Origin: Antedon mediterranea
Lineage: Eukaryota; Animalia; Echinodermata
Direction: 5' to 3'
DNA: 64,000 nt
Assembly (NCBI RefSeq): GCF_964355755.1
Contig: NC_092678.1
Span: 18,741,365-18,805,364 of the forward strand
Made by a program: the position numbers and the translations under genes. This document shows positions 1 to 13,375 of this stretch, piece by piece. The notes below the pieces were generated by a model that saw only the letters and a list, made by a program, of their open reading frames with translations, searched no databases and had not been told where the DNA came from. Numbering within the stretch: the first letter of the stretch is position 1; each line of letters opens with the position of its first letter.

Positions 1-963
1 TATTTAATAATCTTTAAAATGTGCCGCTGTTTATTAAAATTGGTTAATTATAATATGAAGAGTTATTAATGAAAACATACAAGTCACTTTCTAGCTCAGG
101 AAATCGTCATTTTGAGAAAATCAACAATAAAGTAGCGACGTCGATTAGCTTGTCCTAGCCTAGCCCGCCGATCAACGCGACAAGACTCTCTGTTCAAACT
201 TGCTACTTTCTTCTCAATAACGGCAAACTAGTCGAAATTATATCACTGTGTGGTACATAATATTAACATTTTTGTTATTTTTAAAAAAAATATGGATAAA
301 AATAACGATTATCTTTCTAAATATTCACAGAATGTTAAAACGTTCATTTGAGAAACTACGATGGAAGCCATGCTGTTTCATCGTAAACAAAAGCGTCAGT
401 CAATCAGAGAGCGTAATTTATCTCTATAGCCAATCACATTCAAGGATTCACAAATTCTTGTTAGAAATTACAGCAACCTAACACCTTAGTAAAACCAATT
501 TCCATTGGCTAGATTAAAATAAATCCCTTGGGTTGTTAAAAATTATGGTAGCTGATATTATTTTCGAACAGATAGGTACCAAACATGACGTGATTCGGGT
601 TAGCGGTTTGTTTACAAAAGCGCCGTAAAGATGATTTTTGAGTGAACAAAAATACAATTTCCTAATGATTTTCAATGGAAACGACTTAAATAATTGCAAA
701 ATACACATACTTGTGATATTTTTTTATGAACAAGATATGTGTTGATATGTTAAAGATAAGTGTTTATAGTATCGTTTTTTATTGACATTTTAAAATGGAT
801 AGGTTAGGCCGTTTTTCGCATTCTGAACTTCAAGGCTAAATATCTCAACAGTTCGGGTTGCGACTCTGCGCCGCTTTTGTGATGCCAGGCCTCATATAGC
901 AACATAAATTAAAATGAAAATATTTGAACAATGCTTATTGTACAATTCATTTTATTACATCAG

Positions 964-3900
964 AAGAAATTCAAACGACTTCTTTCACTACTCAGAAAAA
1001 GACAAGTAAGTAATAATTTGTTATAATACTTTATGTTGCATATCTGTCACTAGATACATCTTGACTGACTATCGCAAGTCATCTAGAAACGAATCGTGTT
1101 TTGAATGTGATTAAAAGTACTTGTAACTTGTGATGGTCAAAAGTTAAGATACATCTAGTGACAAAAACAAAAACCAGGTGTTGTTAACAGTAAGTTTTGG
1201 TTTAGGAAAATTCTCAATTTTTGTCCTGTAATTTTTGTTATGGCTATGGGTTGAAAAAAACTTAATTAAGTTTCATTATGTACATTTCTTTGTTAAATAT
1301 TAGCATATGACTGTGATGGTAAAGTACACGGAAATTATTACGCCGTTCCAGACGACCGTTCTAAATTCTACACTTGCCTCAATTCAATCCCACAAATTCA
1401 ACAGTGCCATCCAACTACTCTGGTGTATAACGAATTAACAGGAGTTTGTGATTACCAACGCAATATTGCAACAGGTAAATAATGATAATGCTGTGTCTTG
1501 TGGCTAATATAGTAGATAAGCAATGAATGGAAAGAAGCCGTTCTTTTGGTTTGCAAAATTAATCTTCAAAAGAAGCCGATCTCAAAATTAAGCCACCTTC
1601 TTTATAAAACAGTATTAGCTTATGGGCTTTTTAGAGGTGAACTGTACGTAAATGTCAAGAAATAGAAATAAACAATACAGATGGTCATCTAGTTGGATGG
1701 CAGACTGTAGACTGATGATAATATGGCTGATCATAGTGTGTCAATATTAATGACCTTAACTATCTCAACAATCAAGCATCGTCCATTTATGTTTTTTGTT
1801 GGCAAATAATGGAAAATGTCTTATTATTGTCGTATCCAAATATTAACTAAATTGACAGCATTCATTGTGCAAAAGTAATCTCGAAAAAAAAAGCCCAACA
1901 AAGATTTTGAAAAGCATGTGCTTCTTTTCGATGTTTTACTTTACCGTAGTTTGTGAAATCAAAGAAAATAAAACAAGTTACTAATGAGAACATCTAGGCT
2001 ACAATGGTTAACACCTGTAGTAATCAAACGTTCATAATAAAATGTCTCCTATTATGTGTATTTAAAGTCGGTGTAACATAATCATGATTTTCCGAGTTTA
2101 TATGTGCATAACTTAACAACATCAGGCGCTTTAAAACTGTTGGATACAATGTTTTATTATAAAATGATTTTTTTTTAAAGGTAATTTAATTGTAGGCCCA
2201 TTCGTTATACCTGTCACTAACAGTTCCTCTGTCTTATGTATTAATGGTTCAAATAATCTCCTATTTTTAAAAATTGTATGTATATATATATATATATATT
2301 TGTTCAGATCATCCCAGACCATCACAAGACCAGGTTGTGTTTTTCACTAGAACTGTAATGTATCGCTGTGGTGGGAGTTTGGTTGTAATCAATGGCACTG
2401 AGTACAGTTTTCCAGGTGCTGCAGTTGGTGAAATTATAAAGTCTAACCAAAAATGTCCACTTTATTCGAATGAACATGGTAAATATAATAATTATCAATG
2501 TAGCGTTACAAATGTATTATATAGATGCATTTTTAGATCTGCAAAATTATTTTTCTGAAACAAAATAACGTCATAGTAAAACATGCTCATGTATATGCGT
2601 GCATACTCATATGTATTCATTGTGATGGTTTCGTCAAGGAAATTTATAGAGGACGTAAAATTCGATAATCATTCGTTGTCATTGTTACTAGTGACCAATT
2701 ATAAGACGGCACTCTATATCGCGTGATCGTTGGAATGTTTGGAATGAATTGATATAGGCCTACATGAAGAGGCACGCTGTGGCGCATAAACAAACCACTT
2801 ATCGTCTGTGGACGATACCCTGTTATAGACCATATATTAGTATGCACATCTGAAACTTACTAATATCTACTGCGTTAAAATACGTCCACGTCACAGCGGT
2901 GAACAAATTATATACAGTCTAATATACACTAATGTGTTGTTTTTCTAGTTTCGCTTGCAACACGGTATTGTGTTGGAAATTCCGCTTCATGGGCTGAGCA
3001 TGGTCCACTCAATTTTACAGAATGTGATGTTGGAACAACTTCAAGACAAATACAACGATTGGATGAGGTATCAACATGCATCATTTCACAATAATTAGCT
3101 TTCGATTTTGTGACGTACTTGACTTTTGACGTCATATTCACATGAGTTTGGTCAATTGTAGGTTCAGTTAACGACCGTGAATTCAATTATAACATATATT
3201 CACACCTGGGTCATTACAACAAATTTACAGAGCTGGGCGGGTAAAATTTATTTATAAACTTATTTGACTTAAAAAGGAAAGACATTTACAATGCATAATT
3301 TAGTTACAAATGGTTCATAGTAAAAAAAAAATATTTAAAAATATAAAAACGAATATACATATTGCCATGTTATGTTTGTTTTTAAATATGTGTATTCTAG
3401 CATAAATAAAGTTCTGCTTTGTAATTTTATTTCAATATATTCCAAAAGGGAGCCTTCTGTGTACTGATATCGGAAGGTTATTCCAACATTCCTTTGGTTT
3501 AGATCCGAATTCGCGGCATAAAATCCGGTTCCAGGCATCAAGTCGCGACCCAAATGCCCAGATGTAGCAATGCAAGGAAGAATATCAAATAGACCGGCAC
3601 GTCAACCCCAACAGGTAGTTTAGAAATACAATTTCATTGGAATTTTGGGGGTTTTTTTTGAGAAAAAAATAGCGCTGATGATCCACCAAAAATATTCAGC
3701 GCATCCCGACGCAACGTTCCACAATTGCGTTTTTGAACGTCGTCAACGTTAGTGCCGTAGTTTTACTTGATTTACTTCACGAGTTGTAAAAATAACGTTT
3801 TTCTTTCCGGATTTCTTGCTTCCCGTTACTGTGTGAAATCCAGATGATTTGATTTCATGTAGCGATGTTTGCACTGTTGCGTTGTGATTACGCAAATACG

Positions 3901-6900
3901 TCGTTCTTTGGTCTAGAAACTACATTTAAGGCAAATAACGCAAGTAGGCATACATTATCGTTTGTTATTATAGGCCTATAAGATGCTCTATCCCGTTTAA
4001 ACGTCTTTCTGTCGATAAAACAATGGTTACTGATTTCTTAGATTGAAATTACACAAGGAAACGGCAAGGATGTGGCAGAGGATCTTGCAGTAGTCATCAA
4101 CAATGCAGAAGATATCGATAAAGTGGCGGTTGAGTTAGTTGCAGGTATCCTGGAAGATATTGTTGACCTTGGAATTCCTGATGAAACGGTGATTTGTTTG
4201 TACAATACATTTTCATTATTATTATTTTAAATATTGTTTTCTTGTAGTGAGTTAGCTAAATATATTATAATGAAAATTATATTATGTTATTGTGTTTACA
4301 GATAGCATTAAACGTGGTAGACGTTATTGATAATATCATCGAATTTGACATAATTGACGCATCAATGAGTGAAACAGCGTCATCATTTGTGACGTCATTG
4401 GAAATACAACTTGCAACAATGGCCAAAGCAGGTATGAACTTTTCCAGTGTACAACCAAATGTTGGTGTGATGGCATTAGCAGTAAGCCCAGAATATCTAG
4501 TAGATGGGCTAGCATACGTTGCTTTCTCTGACGGCGACTCGCTCAAGGAAGCTTTTGAACCAGACGATGTAAAAACGTATTACGAGAAGACATTTCCTTT
4601 TGAAATGGTAGGAGCGTCGATCGCGCTTCCACATGAGATTATCTTACTTGGCCAAAAACAAACAGTAGAATATGAGATCCGAGTATATTTTACAGTGTAT
4701 CAGAACCGTTCGTTGTTTATTTCAAACAGCTTAGGTAACGCGTCTGGAGAAGGATTTACGCGCCAAGTTGGCAGTCAGATTATTTCAGCTACAATAGAAG
4801 CAGTCGAGATCGATGGCCTAGTAACACCTATAAAAGCTTCTTTTCTACCACGCGTTGTAAGTACTTTATACAAAAAAACCATTTGTACTTGTGATGCCAT
4901 ATTGTATATTACAATGACAACTTTTCTTTTCTCTCAGAGATGTGGAAGAAAATTATAACATTTATACAATATGTCGCCGAATATAAACACACGATGAAAT
5001 TGAGATTTGTAGTTTCGTTTTTTACTCTTTCTACAGAAAAATGGTTATAACACAGAGTGTGTATTCTGGGATTTCTCACTTGATAATGGAGTAGGCGATT
5101 GGTCAAGCGAAGGATGTGAGCAAAATGGAACAGCAGATGGTCGTGTTGTATGCTTATGTGACCATCTGACCAACTTTGCTATTCTTGTTGTAAGTTATCA
5201 ATTTTATCTCTTACAATATTACAAATTATGTATGCTTATTATCCAAAATACCTGAGATTAGTAAGTTTCAAAATGATTTGTAAGAGAAAAAAAATACAAT
5301 CAACTCTCTTTTCCCTGACCTTGCTATTTTTTAAAACACTGATTATTATTTGAAATATAGTAGACGTATAGACAAAGTAGAAGAAATGAAAAAAAAGTTG
5401 AAGACTAAATCTAGTTTTAAAACAATTTTGAGCAGAGTCAAACAAAAAATGTACCTAGTACTATACAAAAAAATCTGTAAACATTTTATTAATAATTACT
5501 ATTATTAATTATATTCAAATTTACAAAAAAAAATTAACGTTTAATTTTGAAAGGACTATTACAGACATAAAGATGGCCAATTCCAAGATGTCTTAACTCT
5601 TATCAGTTTAATCGGATGCGTAGTGTCTATTGTGTGTTTGGCAGTTACCGTAGCAACACATTTGTGTTTTAAGTAAGTAGCAGTAATTGGAAAAACTGTC
5701 CCAGTGAGATGGGAATTTTTTGTTGTATTGATGGTATAATAGATCCATATTTTAGATTAAAAAAACATACCATGAATTTACTTTATTTGTTGAAAATATG
5801 TGTTACTTCCATAATCAATTGTTTATGATAAATAATTTGTGGAATAATTATACATGACATTTCTATTTGTTTACATTATAGTTTTTGCTCACTGGATTAT
5901 TTTATTTAAATAAAACGATTGATGTAAGATTGTTGTACATTGTTAGTTATGTAATTAAAAGTGTTGGTTGTTTCGGTGTAGCAAACCTCGAGAATATCGT
6001 AGTACTGTATAATTGCTTTATTACTTGACTGTCTCTACTAATTAATATTATGTTTTTATTGTAGACAATTTCGAACAAAACGTCCACAAAAGATCCTCGT
6101 AAACCTGTCACTATCGTTGCTTCTCCTCTACCTCGTGTTTGCAATTGGCATCGAGCAAACAGGTTCTAAAAATGGATGCATCGCTGTAGCAGCGCTGATT
6201 CATTACTTTGGATTGGCCTCTATTTTCTGGATGTCAATCGAAGCTGTAAACATGTACCTAATGTTCGTCAAAGTCTTCTACGATGAAATTAGATATTTTA
6301 TGCTGAAAGTTTGTATAACGGGCTACGGTAAATATTGTTAAAAAACACAAATTGTTCTTGTTTTTAAAAACTAATAATTTATGATTTCACTTCACTTGAC
6401 TATGGTGCCTTAATATTTCGCTCGATCTTAAAGATGTATTTTCCCCCAAAACATAAATATTGAAGATAAAAGAAGACTTTAAATAGGCCACTTCGCAGGT
6501 TTAACAAAGTTAATCACTTCTGTATAAAAAATCCTAAAAAGTAATGTTTTAATTATAAAACCCCACTGACTTTTTGCTTTCAATTACAGTTTTTCAGGTA
6601 AATATAACTTATTTTGTCGACCTAATTTGTTGTAAAAGTGAATAAGAACAAAAACATAAAACAAATATCCATGGTTATTTGCCAATAGTTATTTCTTTTA
6701 AAATTTCGAATAAATAAGCATCGAGTTATTCGACTAAACCATTATATTGTGTTTGTTTTTTAAGGCGTTCCTCTGGTAATAGTTGTACTTTGTCTGGGTG
6801 TTGATATTGATCACTATGCAAAAGAAAATTAGTAAGTACAAATATCAATATTATAATAATGAGACATTGACACGACAAAGCTCGTGAACTATTTTATCAA

Positions 6901-7462
6901 AGAGTATGACGTAGAGGCTAACCTAAAAAGCTAAACTGTACATTATTTATGAATTCTTTTTTGCAGCTGTTTTATTCCTTCGGGAAATGTTCGCAACTAT
7001 GGCTTCATTCTGATCATCGGCATACTATTTCTGTTTAATGTTGTAGTGTTCGTTTTAGTTATGCGTGCATTGACTTGCGGACGAAGAAAGGTTGCCAACA
7101 AAGTTGATCGAATCAAGAAAGATATAGTCATCAAGCGTCTTCAGAACGCTATTGCGGTGTCTGTTCTTCTAGGCCTAACCTGGGTTTTTGGATTCTTTGC
7201 AATCGACCCCGATTCGACCTCTCGCGACGTGTTTCAGTTGTTGTTCTGTGTCTTTAACTCTCTGCAAGGCCTGTTCATTTTTCTGTTGTTCTGTGTTCGC
7301 CAGAAGGATATTCGTGACGCGTGGAAGACATGTTGCAAAGATAGTAACAAAGCTAAGAGAGTTAAATACGCTACCGATTCTAGTAACAGCAAGGGTAAAG
7401 TCAAGGACCAGGGTATTCCTTTGACAGGATATTCTACTAATGGTAAAAATACTGCTATTTAG
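964..7462 (+). CDS. Adhesion GPCR G1 (5'-incomplete): Thr-rich linker - CBM14/peritrophin-A chitin-binding domain - HRM - GAIN/GPS - 7TM
   Basis: Exons 964-1005, 1304-1474 (YDCDGKVHGNYYAVPDDRSKFYTC...QQCHPTTLVYNELTGVCDYQRNI), 2308-2478, 2949-3067, 4042-4188, 4302-4856, 5037-5189 (CVFWDF...GDWSSEGC...CLCDHL/TNFAILV), 5554-5672, 6065-6327, 6765-6831, 6967-7462 (LLGLTWVFG, FNSLQGLFIF). All have AG/GT ends and compatible phases. No signal-peptide exon seen, so the start is probably upstream of the window. Confidence 0.88.
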
Positions 7463-8439
7463 AAACAACGAGAATGTTTAAAACGTTAAAAGAAAATGTT
7501 GAATGATTAGTGTAGGCCTGTATAGTTTTCTAGATCTACTAAAACTTAGATATTGAAATCGATTCTTTCTAATTTCATTCTTAAATAGAAAAAAAAAACG
7601 TATCATAAACAAAATCATTCCCTTATTAATCACAGACATTGATGATGCACTATATACCAATATTACATATAGGCCTACTTCTGATGTTATAGGCCTATGT
7701 TTGATTGCATGTACTGTAAACCTACATTCAAAGAAATAAGAATCATTAGGCCTATCTGTGTTTTTTTTTTTGGGTTTTTAATTGAAGAAAGAATCTATAA
7801 AAGTCTTGGAGTAAAAACATTAGGTTTATCTGCGATCGTTGTTTTCTAAATCTGAGTTTTCTAGACATTGCAGATAGGACTGATGCTATTATGTAGATTT
7901 GCTTAACTGCTGGGTCGTTCATGATAGGCAGGCTATTAGTGTGAAGTTTGAAATTCCCACCTCGATCTAGGATCGTTGAACGACCGGTTTAGTTCTATGT
8001 CTGTCGTAGGTTTACGTCTTTCGCTGTAGATACGCTCTACAACAATTATTGATGTAGCATACTGTAAGACTGTCCTTCTCAATTGGATACTTTAGCTAAC
8101 AACGTATACCAGACTTTCTCCGATATTTTATTGGTAAGACATTATTGCATACCATAATTACTTGAAGATCATTGTTTTGGTAATACTTGTTTACATTATA
8201 TCTTTTAACTCATTTTTTTGCGATCAGCCTTCTTTCTGTGCGTTGTTTTCTACTTGTAACCAGCTTTTTCTTATTATTTTTTTATTTTTGGGGTTATACA
8301 CCAGTTTTGCTTCTTTTATTGTTCTTTGTTCTCTTGTGTTTTTACATTTATAACATTATTACATTGTTTTTTTTTTAGCTATGCCTATAGGACCATTGTT
8401 ATATAGATGTAAATAGCATTAACTAACGTTGACGTGGTA

Positions 8440-9240
8440 CTATATTTTTATTCTATAAGTACCGTATTTTCAATTGTGACGTCATTAATAAATTATTCAT
8501 GTTCTATTACTTTGTAGAACATAGTTGTTATGTCATTCATGTATATTCATTGTAATCTATTGTGATGTCATACTATATTTGTTATTCTATAAGTATTTTT
8601 CATTGTGACGTCATACATTGTACATGTTCTATTTCTATTTCTTTGTTAAACATCGTTGTTATGTCATTCATGTATATTCATTGTAATCTATTGTGATGTC
8701 ATACTATATTTGTTATTCTATAAGTATTTTTCATTGTGACGTCATACATTGTACATGTTCTATTTCTATTTCTTTGTTAAACATCGTTTTTAAGTCATTC
8801 ACGTATATTGATTGTAATCTATTGTGATGTCATACTAAATGTTTGTTATAATAAGATTATTTTATTGTTGAACATCGTTGTATATCATCCATGTAAATTT
8901 TGTTGTATTTGATTATAATGACGTAATATGAATTGTTCATGCTATTATTAGACTGGTTACATCATGACGTTTAATGTGTTAAATGTAAAATCATTTTTTT
9001 TTTCAATTGTGACGTCATGCTAAATTTGTTCATGCTATTTTATTTGTTAGACATCATGTATACGCTTAATGTGGTGTTACACGTACATTAATTATATATC
9101 AATTAATGAATTAATGCTGAACTGCTCTTGCTAACAATACTGTTATTTGTGAGACATCCTATAACATGTAGCTGAATGTGTTAAACCGTGAATAAATAAC
9201 TTGTGACGTCGTGCTAGCTGTTCATCAATAACATTATTCA
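8440..9240. repeat. Tandem repeat with a ~131-bp unit, degenerating at both ends
   Basis: Units start at 8524, 8655 and 8786 (gttgttatgtcattcatgtatattcattgtaatctattgtgatgtcatac...). TGACGTCA recurs through the array. Confidence 0.8.
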
Positions 9241-9954
9241 CTATGTTTGCTTAAATCATGGACCTATAAATTAATTAAAAGTATTAAAAATACAGTTACA
9301 AACACTAATTGTTTGTATTTTTGTGTTGTTGACAATTAATATGTGTTTACTGGATGTCGATACCGGTGCCGTCTGCCCGGAAGGAAATTTGCGCACCCTT
9401 TGATTATTTTATAACTTCTTGAACAATTTACCTACATTATTTTATGTTTGTTTCCGCCTTTTCTTGCCCTCGCGTATTTCTGATAAATTGATTGCTTTTA
9501 TGCTATATTAAAACCTATTCATGTGTAATGTGAAGGACTTATTTTCCCAAATTGGACATTTATATTGAGCCGTTAATCAATGATACATAAATACGTCATC
9601 TACAATAAGTATTTGAAAACAAAGTTTTGAAAAGCTGCAGATTATTGTTTGTATCCCTAAACCTGTTTACACAAGGCGAATTAGTTCGCACCAATCGAAA
9701 GCGTCAATATATACGCATGCGTATTAATATTTCTACCTTCCAACTTCTTTTGTGCGAGTTTTTCGCTTCGGCAAAATTACTGTAGTAGTTTGAAATGTTT
9801 CTAAATGTTACAAAGCGAATAAACAATTAGAGCTCAGGAAATGGGTTCCTGAACGTTTATGAGAGCACAAACACAGTGCGACGCGCAATGAGCTTTTGAT
9901 ATATTTTTTAATTGGCGCTTTATATATATATATATATAATATATATATATATAT

Positions 9955-10588
9955 CCGATATAAGTTTCCGAGGTGGATTTGTCTTTGCGTGTTACTTTGG
10001 CTTGGTATATTACAGATGATTGTAAGCAATTTCCGCTTAGCGGGCTAACTGAAAAAGATTTTAAAACAGGATACAGAAATCACACCTCATCATTCCGTAA
10101 TTCACGTTCTAGAAACTCAACTGAACTCAGTAAACATATTTGGACACTCAAGGACAATAACACAGACTATACAATCTCATGGCGCATCTTGACATCTACT
10201 AAAGCATATAGTAGCGCAAACAAAAAATGAAATCTCTGCCTCAAAGAGAAATTATTTATCATCCACCACCCTGAATTATCGACATTAAACAAACGTAACG
10301 AACTTGTGTCCGCCTGCCGGCACAGAAAGAAAGCATTGTTACATAACAGCTGACATTCCAAAACATATCACCTGTAAATGCTAATTCTACAAGTAAATGT
10401 GCTTATAAGCAGCGTTGTAATTGATTCTTCTCATTATAGTCTCCTGATGAGTGAGTTGCACGACTCACGAAACAAGCCTGTAGAGACCAAACTGTAGTTT
10501 TTACTTATTTTCCAGACTTAACGTATATATTTTAGCTCTACTTTACCGTATTGAGCACTTTCTAGACGGTTACATTGAACCGAACATT
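9955..10588 (+). mobile_element. Penelope-like retroelement 3' fragment (GIY-YIG endonuclease) with an inverted 5' segment, flanked by (TA)n
   Basis: + strand from 10042: GLTEKDFK..NH.SSF..TELSKHIW.LK..Y.ISW.IL...[21 protein letters not shown]. - strand 10043-9955: PLSGNCLQSSVIYQAKVTRKDKSTSETYIG. (TA)n at 9921-9954 and 10589-10607. Confidence 0.88.
10434..10496 (+). ncRNA. Type I hammerhead ribozyme in the Penelope-like element 3' region
   Basis: Stem I gtctc/gagac; CTGATGA 10444-10450; stem II gtgagt/actcac; GAAA 10469-10472; short stem III ca-agcc-tg; cleavage triplet GTA 10480-10482. Confidence 0.88.
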
Positions 10589-10825
10589 TATATATATATA
10601 TATATATCTTATTATAAATGTGATGTGCTGATGTGAAACCTTTTTTGCTAAAACTTAATTCGCGTAGTGGCAATAAGAGTTAGGCAAGAGACTTCCGTTG
10701 GCGTGCCTCATCCTCATGATGAGACATAAATATGGGTCCCGTGTACACATTTTATACAATTAGTAATATTTTATTGTAGAAGAGCGTTATATAAGAAAGA
10801 GCTATCTCTTATGTAATTATAATTA

Positions 10826-12969
10826 CTAGATGGTACGCTCGCTTTGCTCCCGTACCATCTAGGTCGTGCCCACAGATGAATATGCCGACATAGTAATTTC
10901 AGCGTTATAAAACTGGCGATTTGAAATGTACGTACCGCAAGGAAAATTATACATGTCGTTTACAGGAACGAATAAATAGACACCCTGATTTATACACAAC
11001 TAAAATTAGCACCCTGGGGAATTCTGCCGAAAGATAAACTTGTCACAAAATGAGACCAATTGTCAAATTTAAACAAACTTAATTTGTGTTTTGTATGTAA
11101 CATTAGGGTTGAGGGATGGGGAAGAGGGTTGGTGCAAAGAGGAACAATTTTTAGATATATTCTTAATCCATTTAATAACGAAATATTAATTGTTTTCGTG
11201 TTTTACAAATACTATAACACTAAACACAGTAAAACATTGCGATGTAATACTTTGTTGAAACTGTCACCGTCATAGTCGATTGAAATAGTACAGTGTACAT
11301 GTAACGATACATCACTACGATGTTTATATATCTATATATAAATTTACGTAAGGGCAAAATTCGGTAAATCGCGCCTTACTTCTAGAATTTTTACTCGATG
11401 GTATACACAGTTGGTTCGTACTTTCGGTACTGATTTTAACCATCTGATGTAACCCTGTTTACTAATTAAATTGAGTCAGATAATTAGTTATTGACGATTA
11501 AAACGAATTTAGGTTCAACGATTTGCCCCAAATAAGGGTGTTTTCCGATCGTGGTATACACTGTTTAATATATGTCCATCGTGAAAAATACCCGCATACA
11601 ATAATACGAGGATGCTTCGCATTTTCCTATCTCCTCCTACGATAACTGTTTTTAATGGCTGAAAACCGGTTGAACAGCTCGAGTACAGCATCATAATGTT
11701 GAAGACAGGCCGATTTTCTTAAAAAAATACTATTTTGATAGATTTAATATACGTTTATAGAAATGTATTGATTTGCAATGAATGGAACATTCCAAATTAT
11801 TGCATACCTCCATGGTTTAACACAAGTAGGTCAATTTATAGACCCTTGGAGAATAAATAAAAATAGTATTGTAATGCTATACAATACTGCAAATAGGTAT
11901 TAACCACTTTTGATCGCCATTTGAATCAAAAGTGTGTTGGTACTGTTAGATATAATATAAACAAATATACTAATAAACGTTATCACAGTGAGTGTGGGTA
12001 GCCCCTACATTTAGATTATAAACACATAATAATATGTACTTTATTACTGTCAGTTGTTTCTCAACGTTTGTATTAATTAATAATTACAAAAATATAAACG
12101 TATTAGTGGTCTTTAAATGTACTTTACTATTTCAATCGACCATGAGACAGTGACAGTTTTAATAAAGTACGGTATTAAATCGGAAATGTTTTACTCTATT
12201 TAGTGGTATATTATTAATTATAGGCCTATATAAAAAAAAACATTTCGTTACTGATTGGATAATAAAGAAATATAAAGAATAATTTAACAAAATTGGGTTT
12301 GTTTAAATGAGTCCAAATAACAAATTTCGACTCATTTTGTGACAAGTTTCTAGGTGCTAATTTTGGTTGACTACATAAATCATTGTGTCTATTTATTTGT
12401 TTCTGTAAACATTCTGTACATTTGAAATTGCCAGTTTTTTTACGCTGAAATTACTATGTATTCGAGAACCATCTGTGGGCACGAACTAGATGGTACGTGA
12501 GCGAAGCGAGCGTTCCATCTAGTATTTTTAAATTACAGTATTAATTAATACAAACGTTAAGAAGCAACTGTCGGTAATAAAGTTTATTTGTATGTATATA
12601 TAATGTCATTCTGTATTCGATCTGTTCAACCGGTTTCAGCTATTAAAAACAATTATCGTAGGAGGAGATAGGAAAATAGGAAACATCCTCGTAATATTGT
12701 GTGCGGGTATTTTTCAAGATGGACATTCATTAGACAGTGTATACCACGATCAGAAAAGACCCCTATTTGGGGCAAATCGTGGAACCTAAATTCATTTTAA
12801 TTGTCAATAACTAATTATCTAATTCAATTTAATTAGTAAACAGGACTACATCAGGTGGTTAAAATCAGTACCGAAAGTACGAACAAACTTTATATTATAC
12901 AATCAAGTAAAAATTCTAGAAGTTAGACGTGATTTACCGAATTTTCCCTTACGTAAATTTATATATTGA
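10826..12969 (-). mobile_element. Non-autonomous Helitron copy B, interrupted by copy A
   Basis: Minus-strand 5' A|TC at 12969 and 3' hairpin + CTAG|T at 10826. The parts 10826-11330 and 12523-12969 join into a reverse-complement copy of element A. Confidence 0.75.
11331..12522 (+). mobile_element. Non-autonomous Helitron copy A
   Basis: A|TCTATATATAAATTTACG start; subterminal hairpin ctagatggtacg...cgttccatCTAG|T; inserted at AT with no target duplication. Confidence 0.8.
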
Positions 12970-13375
12970 TATGCCTACATTAAACCACTAAGTTTCCTGT
13001 TCTACTTATTATTATGTTATTTTCCCCTGATTGCATTGCTAACCGATATTATGTAGGCCTAGGTTCATTATGCGACTTTCAAGGAAATTTAAAATAAAAC
13101 AAAACACAAGATATTGTATATTATAAGCGATGTATTTTTAAAATGAAACTTCCAAAATTCTATAAAACATATTTAGCTATTATGATCTAGTTTTATTTTT
13201 ATTTAAACTGAAAGCTAAAAAAACATTATTCCAAGAAATTACATGACTGTTTATTTGTTCTCATTAAGGAAATAAACTTTAATATGATAAAGTAAATAAG
13301 TCAATATTATAATGTTTAAGTGCATTTATGTGAACATTTTTAAAGAAGAAACATCTCTTCATTAAAACTGAGTAA

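Noticed and set aside
1-890. Possible end of a DNA transposon (...ttttgtgatgccaggcct)
   Set aside because: Partner TIR not in the window and no coding evidence.
7188-7424. Cys-rich alternate-frame ORF recurring in four paralogs (also 22769, 51799, 60542) and antisense ORFs over the GAIN/7TM exons
   Set aside because: Shadow of the highly conserved coding nucleotides; mostly non-ATG starts and variable ends.
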